From a virus: 32,738 nt of DNA. A program made the translations under genes and the position numbers. The stretch lies in the IMG/VR virus record IMGVR_UViG_3300038701_001390, positions 1 to 32,738 of that record, one strand, 5' to 3'. Of this stretch, positions 25,214 to 31,694 are shown piece after piece (position 1 is the first letter of the stretch; each line of letters begins with the position of its first letter). The notes under the pieces are model-generated. The model did not search any database, was not told where the DNA came from, and saw only the letters and a list, made by a program, of their open reading frames with translations.

Positions 25214-25341
25214 GCCGCCCGCCTTTGTTCAACCTCAACCACCGAGCCCTTGTCTTTGCAGCCGCAATTGGGGCACTCATCAACAGTATCTGTCTGGAAT
25301 CGCTGCGCGCATTTGATACAGTAAACAAAAAGCTTTTTCAT
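25210..25341 (-). CDS. 43-aa zinc-ribbon protein (below the ORF-track cutoff)
   Basis: The minus-strand ATG at 25341 gives MKKLFVYCIKCAQRFQTDTVDECPNCGCKDKGSVVEVEQRRAA, with a CxxC...CxxC pattern. Its stop forms an ATGA overlap with the methylase start. The SD is weak. Confidence 0.5.
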   Translation of the reverse strand: MKKLFVYCIKCAQRFQTDTVDECPNCGCKDKGSVVEVEQRRAA

Positions 25342-25410
25342 TTTGGCGATCTTTTCAGTTCAATCTTGGCTATGGTGACGGGCTTGCCGTTAATCACGGC
25401 TTTGACGGTT

Positions 25411-25995
25411 TCAAACGCTTTCTTTGCTTTGCTCATTTTTCTCTTGCCTTTTCTTCTCAATTTTATCAACAAGGCTCTCATAGTCCTCATTGACGTTTTG
25501 CGTGCGCTCAACAAACATACCCAACGCCTTTGCTAAATTCTCAAGGGCTTTGTTCTTGTCGTAAAACTCAACCTTTACACCAGAGCTGGTTGTTTCAATC
25601 TTTTTGATATTTGACCGCATGTGCTGTGGTATCTCTGAAACGTCTTTGATCATCACAATAGGGCCGGTGATATTCAGGGCTTGCGTCAGATCAGATTGCG
25701 CCATTGTTTGCCACTGTTGCAGTACAAAATGCGCCAAGTCCTCATGGGATTCCAGCCGCCGTTTACGCTCAATGTCAATGGCATCCATTATTTTAACATT
25801 TTTAAGCAAACGTGAGGCAGACACAGCCGCACTCATATAATCATCAATATCAGATAAACCATAGGCTTTGGCATATGCGCGTGTGGCATTATAGTTAAAA
25901 TCAGGGTGACAATAGAAATAAACAAAGTCCTCCCATTCAGGCTTAATCTCAAGCTCTTTAAATTGTGGGTATTTATGCGGCTTTTTCTTTGTCAT
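25411..25995 (-). CDS. terS: Terminase small subunit (Terminase_2-like)
   Basis: 194 aa with a GTGGGGGG SD. NYNATRAYAKAYGLSDIDDYMSAAVSASRLLKNVKIMDAI fits the N.T.A...AGYS......A..LL.N..V..I pattern of small terminases. Confidence 0.75.
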   Translation of the reverse strand: MTKKKPHKYPQFKELEIKPEWEDFVYFYCHPDFNYNATRAYAKAYGLSDIDDYMSAAVSASRLLKNVKIMDAIDIERKRRLESHEDLAHFVLQQWQTMAQSDLTQALNITGPIVMIKDVSEIPQHMRSNIKKIETTSSGVKVEFYDKNKALENLAKALGMFVERTQNVNEDYESLVDKIEKKRQEKNEQSKESV

Positions 25996-26182
25996 GAGCC
26001 CCCCACTTTTTATAATATTTATACATTAATCTTAACCCTTTTTGCGTCCCCTCATCACAGAGGTTAAGCTCATTTAAAAAATTCGCGCTGCGCACGACTG
26101 TATCAAGCCCCGCGTCTGCGGTTCTTATCATGTTTGCGGCGCGCGTGTAACTTGTGTCGCCTTGAGCATAGACCTTTACCAT
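25973..26182 (-). CDS. Hypothetical protein
   Basis: The ORF-track start at 26197 is a TTG. The ATG at 26182 (MVKVYAQGD...) has AAAGGG 6 nt upstream. The product is 69 aa, and the gene overlaps the terS start by 23 nt. Confidence 0.5.
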   Translation of the reverse strand: MVKVYAQGDTSYTRAANMIRTADAGLDTVVRSANFLNELNLCDEGTQKGLRLMYKYYKKWGAHDKEKAA

Positions 26183-26247
26183 CACAGACCCTTTCAATCA
26201 GGGTTATGATACCATAAACGGCAGGCTCAAGGATATAGTAAATAAAA

Positions 26248-26535
26248 TCAGGCTTGCGCATTGATAACACGTTCATAATAACGCCTTATTTCTGGGTGCA
26301 TATTTTGCACATCCCAATCACTGAAAGGCGGTATATCTTCATCAAACCCGCATTCATAAGCGCAATCGCTGGCAAATTCTTGACACAACGGGTGAGCACG
26401 CCATGTGTAGAAAGTGTCATCTTTCAAAGCCTGACGTAGATAAACATGACCTTTTTTTATCTTACCACCACACCAATTACATTTATAATCTTTGCGCGCT
26501 TTTACTGTTTTATTAGATACCATTTCTACCATCAT
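26248..26535 (-). CDS. Hypothetical Cys/His-containing (possibly zinc-binding) protein
   Basis: 95 aa. A GGGAGG SD lies inside the upstream mini-ORF. The sequence contains KCNWCGGKIKKGHVY...WRAHPLC. Confidence 0.55.
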   Translation of the reverse strand: MMVEMVSNKTVKARKDYKCNWCGGKIKKGHVYLRQALKDDTFYTWRAHPLCQEFASDCAYECGFDEDIPPFSDWDVQNMHPEIRRYYERVINAQA

Positions 26536-26645
26536 CAGCCTCCCATCCCCACAGTAAGCACGCGGGCAAGCACGGGCCAGCCAAGCACATAAATTACAGC
26601 CGTGCCAACCAGCACAACAGCAGTGACCTTAATAAAATCAATCAT
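26535..26645 (-). CDS. 36-aa hydrophobic mini-protein (below the ORF-track cutoff)
   Basis: The minus-strand ATG at 26645 gives MIDFIKVTAVVLVGTAVIYVLGWPVLARVLTVGMGG, a single TM helix. Its stop overlaps the next start as TGATG, and it fills an otherwise empty 100-nt gap. Confidence 0.4.
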   Translation of the reverse strand: MIDFIKVTAVVLVGTAVIYVLGWPVLARVLTVGMGG

Positions 26646-26832
26646 TATTTTTGCCTTTTTCAATTTCATTTTTAACAAAACTCAACCCAAGCATTGGCCA
26701 AACATCAACAAACCATGACCAGAAAATATCACTGCCACACAACCCGTTTGGATCTGTATAGGTTACAGATATTTTTTCAGTGTCTTTATTTTTTGATTTT
26801 ATTGTGATTGTTATTGATTGTTCATAATCCAT
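26638..26832 (-). CDS. Hypothetical protein
   Basis: 64-aa ORF with a TAATG overlap with the upstream gene. It is AT-rich and no motif was recognised. Confidence 0.5.
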   Translation of the reverse strand: MDYEQSITITIKSKNKDTEKISVTYTDPNGLCGSDIFWSWFVDVWPMLGLSFVKNEIEKGKNND

Positions 26833-27308
26833 TATAATACCCCCTTTAATTTCTCAACAGCATTATCACATGCGGTGTATGGATCAGGGTCATAATCAAT
26901 AAGATCATCAATCACCTCTGAAATAATTTTCTTCATGCGTGTGTGCTCTGCCTCAAGTTTCAAAATATCAGCGGGCTTTTCAGCTTTCACCTGGGCCCGG
27001 CCCATATCATCAGAAAAATAACAGGGTGTGACATACACAAAGGCATTGCGGTCATATCGTGTCTTGCGTTTCTTTGCCGTCTTTACCACCTTGTTTTTAA
27101 GCTCAAGCTCACGCAGGCGCGCGCCAATGGTTGAGGCCGGTGTGTTGAACATTTGCGAAACCTCATCAGCTGTGCGCCCCTCAATGCCGTATGAGCTGAT
27201 CAGTTTGAAAATCAATTCACGCAGCGTATCAGCACCCTGCAATGATTGAGCAGCCTCAAGGCTTGTTTCACTATGGGCTTGAAAGCCCGCGCTATCTGGA
27301 TATGTCAT
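26832..27308 (-). CDS. Winged-helix (MarR-like) DNA-binding protein
   Basis: 158 aa. LRELIFKLISSYGIEGRTADEVSQMFNTPASTIGARLRELELKNKVVKT...RYDRNAFVYV is typical of phage wHTH proteins (G.T.DEv......s..s.R..EL...G.v). Confidence 0.55.
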   Translation of the reverse strand: MTYPDSAGFQAHSETSLEAAQSLQGADTLRELIFKLISSYGIEGRTADEVSQMFNTPASTIGARLRELELKNKVVKTAKKRKTRYDRNAFVYVTPCYFSDDMGRAQVKAEKPADILKLEAEHTRMKKIISEVIDDLIDYDPDPYTACDNAVEKLKGVL

Positions 27309-27521
27309 TTAATACTCTCCGTCTTGTAAAATTATTGCTTTTTCCTCTTTAATATTTATTTCTTGCAGTGTGTAAAATTCTTGGCTGCGCGGTTTTAAAC
27401 CTCTTTGTTTAAGCTGATCATCCAATAAAGACTGCGCAATATCTTCTGTTTCAGCCACAACAATACTGGCACACCCCACGGGGTAATGCAGGTCATGATC
27501 TGTGCAAACAAAAACCCTCAT
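27309..27521 (-). CDS. Hypothetical protein
   Basis: 70-aa ORF with a TGATG overlap with the upstream gene. No motif was recognised. Confidence 0.5.
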   Translation of the reverse strand: MRVFVCTDHDLHYPVGCASIVVAETEDIAQSLLDDQLKQRGLKPRSQEFYTLQEINIKEEKAIILQDGEY

Positions 27522-27745
27522 CAGATCAGCCCCTTATCTTTTGCAAGCCATTCAGGCATTGAAACCTCAACAATTGAATTGCCGTTTATTTCAGCAATCT
27601 CAATTTGTGATAATGGCAACCACACCCACACCTCACGGTTATTTTCATCCAAGTCACCAGTATAAAAAGCCTGGGCCTTGCCTTTGACCATGCGCTTTTC
27701 AAGCGTCACATCAACAATATCTGATTTACTGCTTGTCATTGTCAT
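27521..27745 (-). CDS. Hypothetical protein
   Basis: 74-aa ORF. The VWVWLPLSQIEI...MPEWLAKDKGL pattern recurs in small phage early proteins of unknown function. Confidence 0.5.
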   Translation of the reverse strand: MTMTSSKSDIVDVTLEKRMVKGKAQAFYTGDLDENNREVWVWLPLSQIEIAEINGNSIVEVSMPEWLAKDKGLI

Positions 27746-27857
27746 TTGCCCCCATAAGCTCTGGTGTGTGAGCCAGCATAAACTGGCGCAACAATTTCAT
27801 TTTTTGCAGCTCAAGATGAAGATCACCATCGCTTAACAGTTTTACTAATTTGTCCAT
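27726..27857 (-). CDS. 43-aa mini-ORF, hypothetical (below the ORF-track cutoff)
   Basis: The minus-strand ATG at 27857 lies 3 nt after the upstream stop and gives MDKLVKLLSDGDLHLELQKMKLLRQFMLAHTPELMGANDNDKQ. It overlaps the next gene by 20 nt and fills the 27746-27860 gap. Confidence 0.35.
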   Translation of the reverse strand: MDKLVKLLSDGDLHLELQKMKLLRQFMLAHTPELMGANDNDKQ

Positions 27858-27860
27858 AAT

Positions 27861-28061
27861 TTACCCCTGTGGTGTTGGTGGGCAAACGTCATGCCCGTAA
27901 TGTTGATTGATTGCGTGACCGTAATACTCACACATGTACCGTGTCTGTGCCTCTTGACGGGCAAGCTCTTTATCAAGCCCAATCATAAAGGCATAGCACA
28001 GGGCAACGCCGCAAACCGCCAGCGTCACCCCACCTATTATGTTTTGTGTTTTAGCTTTCAT
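27861..28061 (-). CDS. Small membrane protein, hypothetical
   Basis: 66 aa with a GGGAGG SD. It has one TM helix (IIGGVTLAVCGVALCYAFMIGL). Confidence 0.5.
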   Translation of the reverse strand: MKAKTQNIIGGVTLAVCGVALCYAFMIGLDKELARQEAQTRYMCEYYGHAINQHYGHDVCPPTPQG

Positions 28062-28275
28062 AATCAGCCTCCCACTCTTTCGCCTCTTTCAAATCTGCAC
28101 GCAATTCTTTGATTTTAACCTCAATGGCGTTGATATAATTTCTGTTGTGATCAAGCATAGGTACTTGCCGCACCGTGCTGACAACATCAAAAATATCAGA
28201 TTGGTACACGTTTGCTGTATCAAGCGCGCCCTCAAGCCATTCAATATCGCTTTCAATATCAGATGATTTTCTCAT
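28051..28275 (-). CDS. Hypothetical acidic protein
   Basis: 74-aa ORF with an AAAGGA SD. No motif was recognised. Confidence 0.5.
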   Translation of the reverse strand: MRKSSDIESDIEWLEGALDTANVYQSDIFDVVSTVRQVPMLDHNRNYINAIEVKIKELRADLKEAKEWEADYES

Positions 28276-28335
28276 GTCGATTCCTTTGTTTAAGTTAGTG
28301 CCGAATACAAAAGTAATACAAACAGCAACACCATG

Positions 28336-28818
28336 TCAAGAGAATAAATTTATCTTTTCAATTTTTATTACAACCCTTGGATTGACGCTATCTGTGCCAG
28401 CACGGTAAAGGCGCATGTCATTGATAAAACTATCGTCAACCATAAAACCCATATCAACTAAAAAATCAGATAATTGTTTTTCATAGTTTGCAATGTCACG
28501 AGGCAGCTTGTGCCGCTCACTCTCAAACCAGTACCCATACTCAACCTTATAAGCCAGTGACATATTTGCCTCATGCAATGAGGGCAGATCAACAGCTTTT
28601 TTACCGTGGTTAAAATAGCGCAGCGATTCGTCAAGGCATTGATTGCAGTATTTCTGGTGATCGCGTCTGAACGGTATGACAAAATGACTTGCCTCTCTGT
28701 ACCATTCTTTTGCGCGCTTTGTTTTTGATCGGCCACCCTTGCCACCATTTTTGCTGTTATTGTTATGGGTCAGCTTATTCAAAGTAACAGGCAGGGGCAA
28801 TACAAGCTCAATGATCAT
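28336..28818 (-). CDS. rusA: RusA-family Holliday-junction resolvase
   Basis: 160 aa. LPRDIANYEKQLSDFLVDMGFMVDDSFI aligns with E. coli RusA [28 protein letters not shown], and the N-terminal LPLPVTLNKL aligns with LPWPPSNNRY. The position equivalent to catalytic D72 is Ala here. Confidence 0.8.
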   Translation of the reverse strand: MIIELVLPLPVTLNKLTHNNNSKNGGKGGRSKTKRAKEWYREASHFVIPFRRDHQKYCNQCLDESLRYFNHGKKAVDLPSLHEANMSLAYKVEYGYWFESERHKLPRDIANYEKQLSDFLVDMGFMVDDSFINDMRLYRAGTDSVNPRVVIKIEKINLFS

Positions 28819-29744
28819 AAAAGCCTCCCGTCTGCGTGCGGGTCAATTGGCTCACCTATACTTGAAAAATGATGAGCAATCATGTCAATCGTCCAGCCAT
28901 TACCAAGCATCATACGCCTTTGCGATTCACTGACCCCCTCTGTATATCCCGGCCCTGCGGTTTGCAGCTGCTCAAGCTCTGATATTGACGGCGGTGCAAT
29001 CATGCCATTACGCACATGACCAGTAAAAGCGCGGCATGTGTACCCTGTGCGGGTCAGTGTGTGTGCTTTTTCAAATTCTGTTGAGAAATAAAACCTGTTT
29101 TCAACGCGCCCGCCACCGCGGCCGGAAGATGAAAAGGCAAATATATCATTGCCCTCAATCTGGTAAACACACTCTGTAAACAAATCGCTTTTGAATTTTA
29201 CAGGGTCAATTGCAAAGTCAGTATCTGGTCTGTCAGGCTGCACAATATCATGAAAGCGTATGCCCTTATCATCAGGCTTTGTGATACGCCAATTGCACCA
29301 GTAATACCGCTCACGGTTTTGAGCTGACACCAGCGCGGAATCCATAAACATTGGGTCACAGCCCATGTAATTTGTTATGACAGCAAGGTGTTTTTTCTTC
29401 ATGACCACGTTTTCAAGGTAACGGTAATCAGGGTCATAATGATTGATAATATCCATCATGGTAAAAAACAAAATGCTGCGCGGGTCATCAAATGCCAGCT
29501 GCTGCCCTGCAAAGCTGAATCCTTGGCACGGGCTGCCCCCAATGATCAGATCGGGCTTATCAATATCCCATGTGCGCCAGTCATTAACATCACCAAGGTG
29601 TATAATATCAGGGTGATTTTTCTTTGCGACCTGCATGGCTGCCTTATTTATTTCAGAGGCATAATATTTTTTAACTGGTATCCCTGCGCGCTTTAATGCC
29701 TCATAGCCGCAGCCCATACCATCAAACAGGCTCAATACAATCAT
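28815..29744 (-). CDS. DNA (cytosine-5) methyltransferase, orphan
   Basis: 309 aa. The following motifs are present: motif I LSLFDGMGCG, motif IV GGSPCQGFS, motif VI ENV, motif VIII QNRERYYW, and a C-terminal GNGWT. It has ATGA overlaps at both ends and no adjacent endonuclease ORF. Confidence 0.9.
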   Translation of the reverse strand: MIVLSLFDGMGCGYEALKRAGIPVKKYYASEINKAAMQVAKKNHPDIIHLGDVNDWRTWDIDKPDLIIGGSPCQGFSFAGQQLAFDDPRSILFFTMMDIINHYDPDYRYLENVVMKKKHLAVITNYMGCDPMFMDSALVSAQNRERYYWCNWRITKPDDKGIRFHDIVQPDRPDTDFAIDPVKFKSDLFTECVYQIEGNDIFAFSSSGRGGGRVENRFYFSTEFEKAHTLTRTGYTCRAFTGHVRNGMIAPPSISELEQLQTAGPGYTEGVSESQRRMMLGNGWTIDMIAHHFSSIGEPIDPHADGRLL

Positions 29745-30211
29745 CTATATTGCCCCCGCACTTGGAAAGCCTCATAATCACGCATGTATGCCCATTCTTC
29801 ACTGGTGCGCTGGCACGCATCCTTTTTACTGATTGTGACGTACACAGACCTGTCAAATGGTGGTTTATTGCCGCGCTCAATTATTGTGACTATATCAGCA
29901 GGTGCAGGCATTTCAGAATAATGCTTTGCATAGTACCTCAAAGCCTCACTGATTTTTTCATAAGGGTAATCTGCAAGGGTAAACATAAACATGCGGGTGA
30001 CGCTGTCCAGCTGCTCTGGCTCTTTGCCGTACAGTTTCATTGTGTCAAAAAACATTGATAGGGCAACAGCCAGTGATTTTTTTGCCTCTTGATCTTTGGA
30101 CAGAGGCAAGGCCGGCGGCTGATTATTCTGTGCTTGCAAGCCCTCTTGCGATTGCCTCTTTTGCTCTGTCTGATTTATTACGTTTGTTGCTATATTGCCC
30201 AGCTTTTCCAT
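29741..30211 (-). CDS. Hypothetical replication-associated protein (possible helicase-loader-like); start uncertain
   Basis: The ORF-track start at 30340 lies deep inside the upstream gene. The ATG at 30211 (MEKLGNIATN...) has AAGGAAAGGGGA upstream but still overlaps the DUF1376 gene by 89 nt. An alternative ATG is at 30055. LYGKEPEQLDSVTRMFMFTLADYPYEKISEALRYYAKHYSEMPAPADI loosely resembles G39P-type loader proteins. Confidence 0.4.
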   Translation of the reverse strand: MEKLGNIATNVINQTEQKRQSQEGLQAQNNQPPALPLSKDQEAKKSLAVALSMFFDTMKLYGKEPEQLDSVTRMFMFTLADYPYEKISEALRYYAKHYSEMPAPADIVTIIERGNKPPFDRSVYVTISKKDACQRTSEEWAYMRDYEAFQVRGQYR

Positions 30212-30848
30212 TGTGATCCCCTTTCCTTGGTGCGTTGTGCCATTCAAATGCGTTGCGGTATGCAGCCACATAATCTTTATACCGCTTGCCTTTTGACATG
30301 CAGTAATCTTTAAACATCTCAAGCAGCCTGTATTCATCAATCATCAAATACTTACCGCTTGCCCGTTTACCGTTTAACCATTGGGCAATGTCATCAACAG
30401 ACAATTTTTCAAGACCCCCTATACTATTATTATATATATCTGGTTCTGGTTCTGGTTGCTTGGGCTTTGATTTAGCATTGCTTGGCTTTTGCTTAACCTT
30501 TGCCTGACCGCCTTTTCTGCCCGCCTCAACACGTCTATCGTGCGCAGCCCGCTGTTTCTCTATAACTTCACTGGCTTTGTCATTGATATAGCCGTCATCA
30601 GTAAGATCAAAAAACATTTCAAGCACGGAGTCGACCGCGTCTTTTTCTGCCTGTGTTACAGCACTGCATAAGCGATACACGCGGCTATGGTCAGGCATTA
30701 GTTGAGCATTGCTTACTTTTATAGGTTTTCCAGTGGCATAGTAGTGATCAAGCAGCAGGTTATACGCCCCGTGCTCAAGCAAAGACAAGTGCCGCGTTTT
30801 ACGTATGTAATCGCCCGCATAACGGGGATACCATTGCAAGCCCTCCAT
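30123..30848 (-). CDS. DUF1376 (YdaU-like) replication-initiation/organizer protein
   Basis: 241 aa with a TGGGGG SD. WYPRYAGDYIRKTRHLSLLEHGAYNLLLDHYYATGKPI fits the DUF1376 signature (W....gD......Ls..e.GaY..LL...w). A basic/Pro-rich linker separates it from a second domain. Confidence 0.7.
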   Translation of the reverse strand: MEGLQWYPRYAGDYIRKTRHLSLLEHGAYNLLLDHYYATGKPIKVSNAQLMPDHSRVYRLCSAVTQAEKDAVDSVLEMFFDLTDDGYINDKASEVIEKQRAAHDRRVEAGRKGGQAKVKQKPSNAKSKPKQPEPEPDIYNNSIGGLEKLSVDDIAQWLNGKRASGKYLMIDEYRLLEMFKDYCMSKGKRYKDYVAAYRNAFEWHNAPRKGDHNGKAGQYSNKRNKSDRAKEAIARGLASTE

Positions 30849-30849
30849 A

Positions 30850-31047
30850 TCAGACCCCCAATTCTTTTAAGTACGATTCGATCTTTTCAATGTTGTGATC
30901 TTTGGGTTTTTTCTTGCCCGTAAGCCACTCTGAAAGCTGGCTGTTTGTCAGCTTAAACCGTTCACAAAACTCTGCCTGTGTCAGCCCGGCCTTAACAATG
31001 CGCCACTTCCATGAAGATACTTTTTTATTCATTACAGTGCCTTTCAT
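30850..31047 (-). CDS. Cro/XRE-type helix-turn-helix regulator, first gene of the leftward unit
   Basis: 65-aa ORF. The HTH segment is GLTQAEFCERFKLTNSQLSEWLTGKK. An internal ATG at 31032 has the better SD (AAAGG), so the product may be 60 aa. The gene lies directly downstream of the leftward promoter. Confidence 0.65.
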   Translation of the reverse strand: MKGTVMNKKVSSWKWRIVKAGLTQAEFCERFKLTNSQLSEWLTGKKKPKDHNIEKIESYLKELGV

Positions 31048-31075
31048 AAGTCAAAATAAAAAGAAATAAATTCTC

Positions 31076-31104
31076 TTGACACAATGAATATAATTCTCTT
31101 TAAT
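31076..31104 (+). promoter_or_regulatory. Sigma70-like rightward early promoter
   Basis: The -35 is TTGACA (31076-31081), followed by a 17-nt spacer and the -10 TTTAAT (31099-31104). It lies about 40 nt upstream of the ATG at 31147. Confidence 0.55.
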
Positions 31105-31116
31105 GGTAAATGTCAA
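31087..31116 (-). promoter_or_regulatory. Sigma70-like leftward early promoter, interleaved with the rightward one
   Basis: On the minus strand the -35 is TTGACA (31116-31111), followed by an 18-nt spacer and the -10 TATATT (31092-31087). It lies upstream of the Cro-like gene. Confidence 0.55.
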
Positions 31117-31146
31117 GGCACAAAAGACAAAACAAAGGAGTTTAAA

Positions 31147-31521
31147 ATGAAACAACGACCACCAAGACCAAAGGCTTACAGCCTGCCAAGTTTTATTGAA
31201 TTAAAACCTGTCAAACGTAAATTTCAAAAACCATATTGGTATTTAAAAACAGACAGTGTTGGCGCGTTTACATGCCAAACCAAAGCGCAGGCATTTGAAT
31301 TTTTAAAAGCCCGTCTTGAAAAAACAAACATGAATGATTGTGAGCTATACGAATCATTAAGAAAACGTCATGACCTCATATTGTTGTACCCCGAACACTA
31401 TAACAAAAAAGGTGATATATATGTTGAGCGTTACGACAAACATGATTGGCACGAGGCAGATGAGGTTGACATGCTTTTCTGGTTATCAGATCAAGGTCAT
31501 TCAATGAGAGGTGCGGAATGA
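31147..31521 (+). CDS. Hypothetical early protein, first gene of the rightward unit
   Basis: The ORF-track start at 31084 falls inside the promoter. The ATG at 31147 (MKQRPPRPK...) has AAAGGAG 6 nt upstream. The product is 124 aa, the gene is AT-rich, and no motif was recognised. Confidence 0.55.
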   Translation: MKQRPPRPKAYSLPSFIELKPVKRKFQKPYWYLKTDSVGAFTCQTKAQAFEFLKARLEKTNMNDCELYESLRKRHDLILLYPEHYNKKGDIYVERYDKHDWHEADEVDMLFWLSDQGHSMRGAE

Positions 31522-31694
31522 AAAATTTAAATGAAAAATCAAAAGATGAGTTGATAGGCATAATTCACATGCTCATTACAGAACGTGATCAGCTTGAAGA
31601 AAGCAACAAAAGATACCGCGCAAGCACATTACGTAGTGATGAAAAAATATCAATTTTACAAGCCATGATAAATGGCGCAATGGAGGCAATGTAA
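31518..31694 (+). CDS. 58-aa coiled-coil mini-protein, hypothetical (below the ORF-track cutoff)
   Basis: It has an ATGA overlap with the upstream stop, a GAGAGGTG SD, and a TAATG overlap with the exonuclease start. Translation is MKNLNEKSKDELIGIIHMLITERDQLEESNKRYRASTLRSDEKISILQAMINGAMEAM. Confidence 0.5.
   Translation: MKNLNEKSKDELIGIIHMLITERDQLEESNKRYRASTLRSDEKISILQAMINGAMEAM

Noticed and set aside
29741-30340. Full-length 199-aa version of the ORF starting at 30340
   Set aside because: It would overlap the DUF1376 gene by 218 nt, and its N-terminal 43 aa (MMNTGCLRCLKITACQKASG…) look non-protein-like. Internal starts at 30211 or 30055 are better supported.
30440-30457. CTGGTT x3 tandem repeat as a regulatory or CRISPR-like repeat
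   Set aside because: It has only three units, lies in frame within the DUF1376 gene and encodes the PEPEPE linker. It is mentioned only as part of the ori-like region.
31089-31094. Perfect TATAAT hexamer in the switch region as a rightward -10
   Set aside because: It lies only 7 nt after the TTGACA at 31076-31081, and there is no acceptable -35 17-18 nt upstream (ATAAAT). On the other strand the same bases form part of the leftward -10 (TATATT), which explains them better.
31084-31146. N-terminal extension of the first rightward gene (ORF-track start at 31084)
   Set aside because: That start lies inside the promoter core, upstream of the predicted transcription start. The ATG at 31147 has a consensus AAAGGAG SD.
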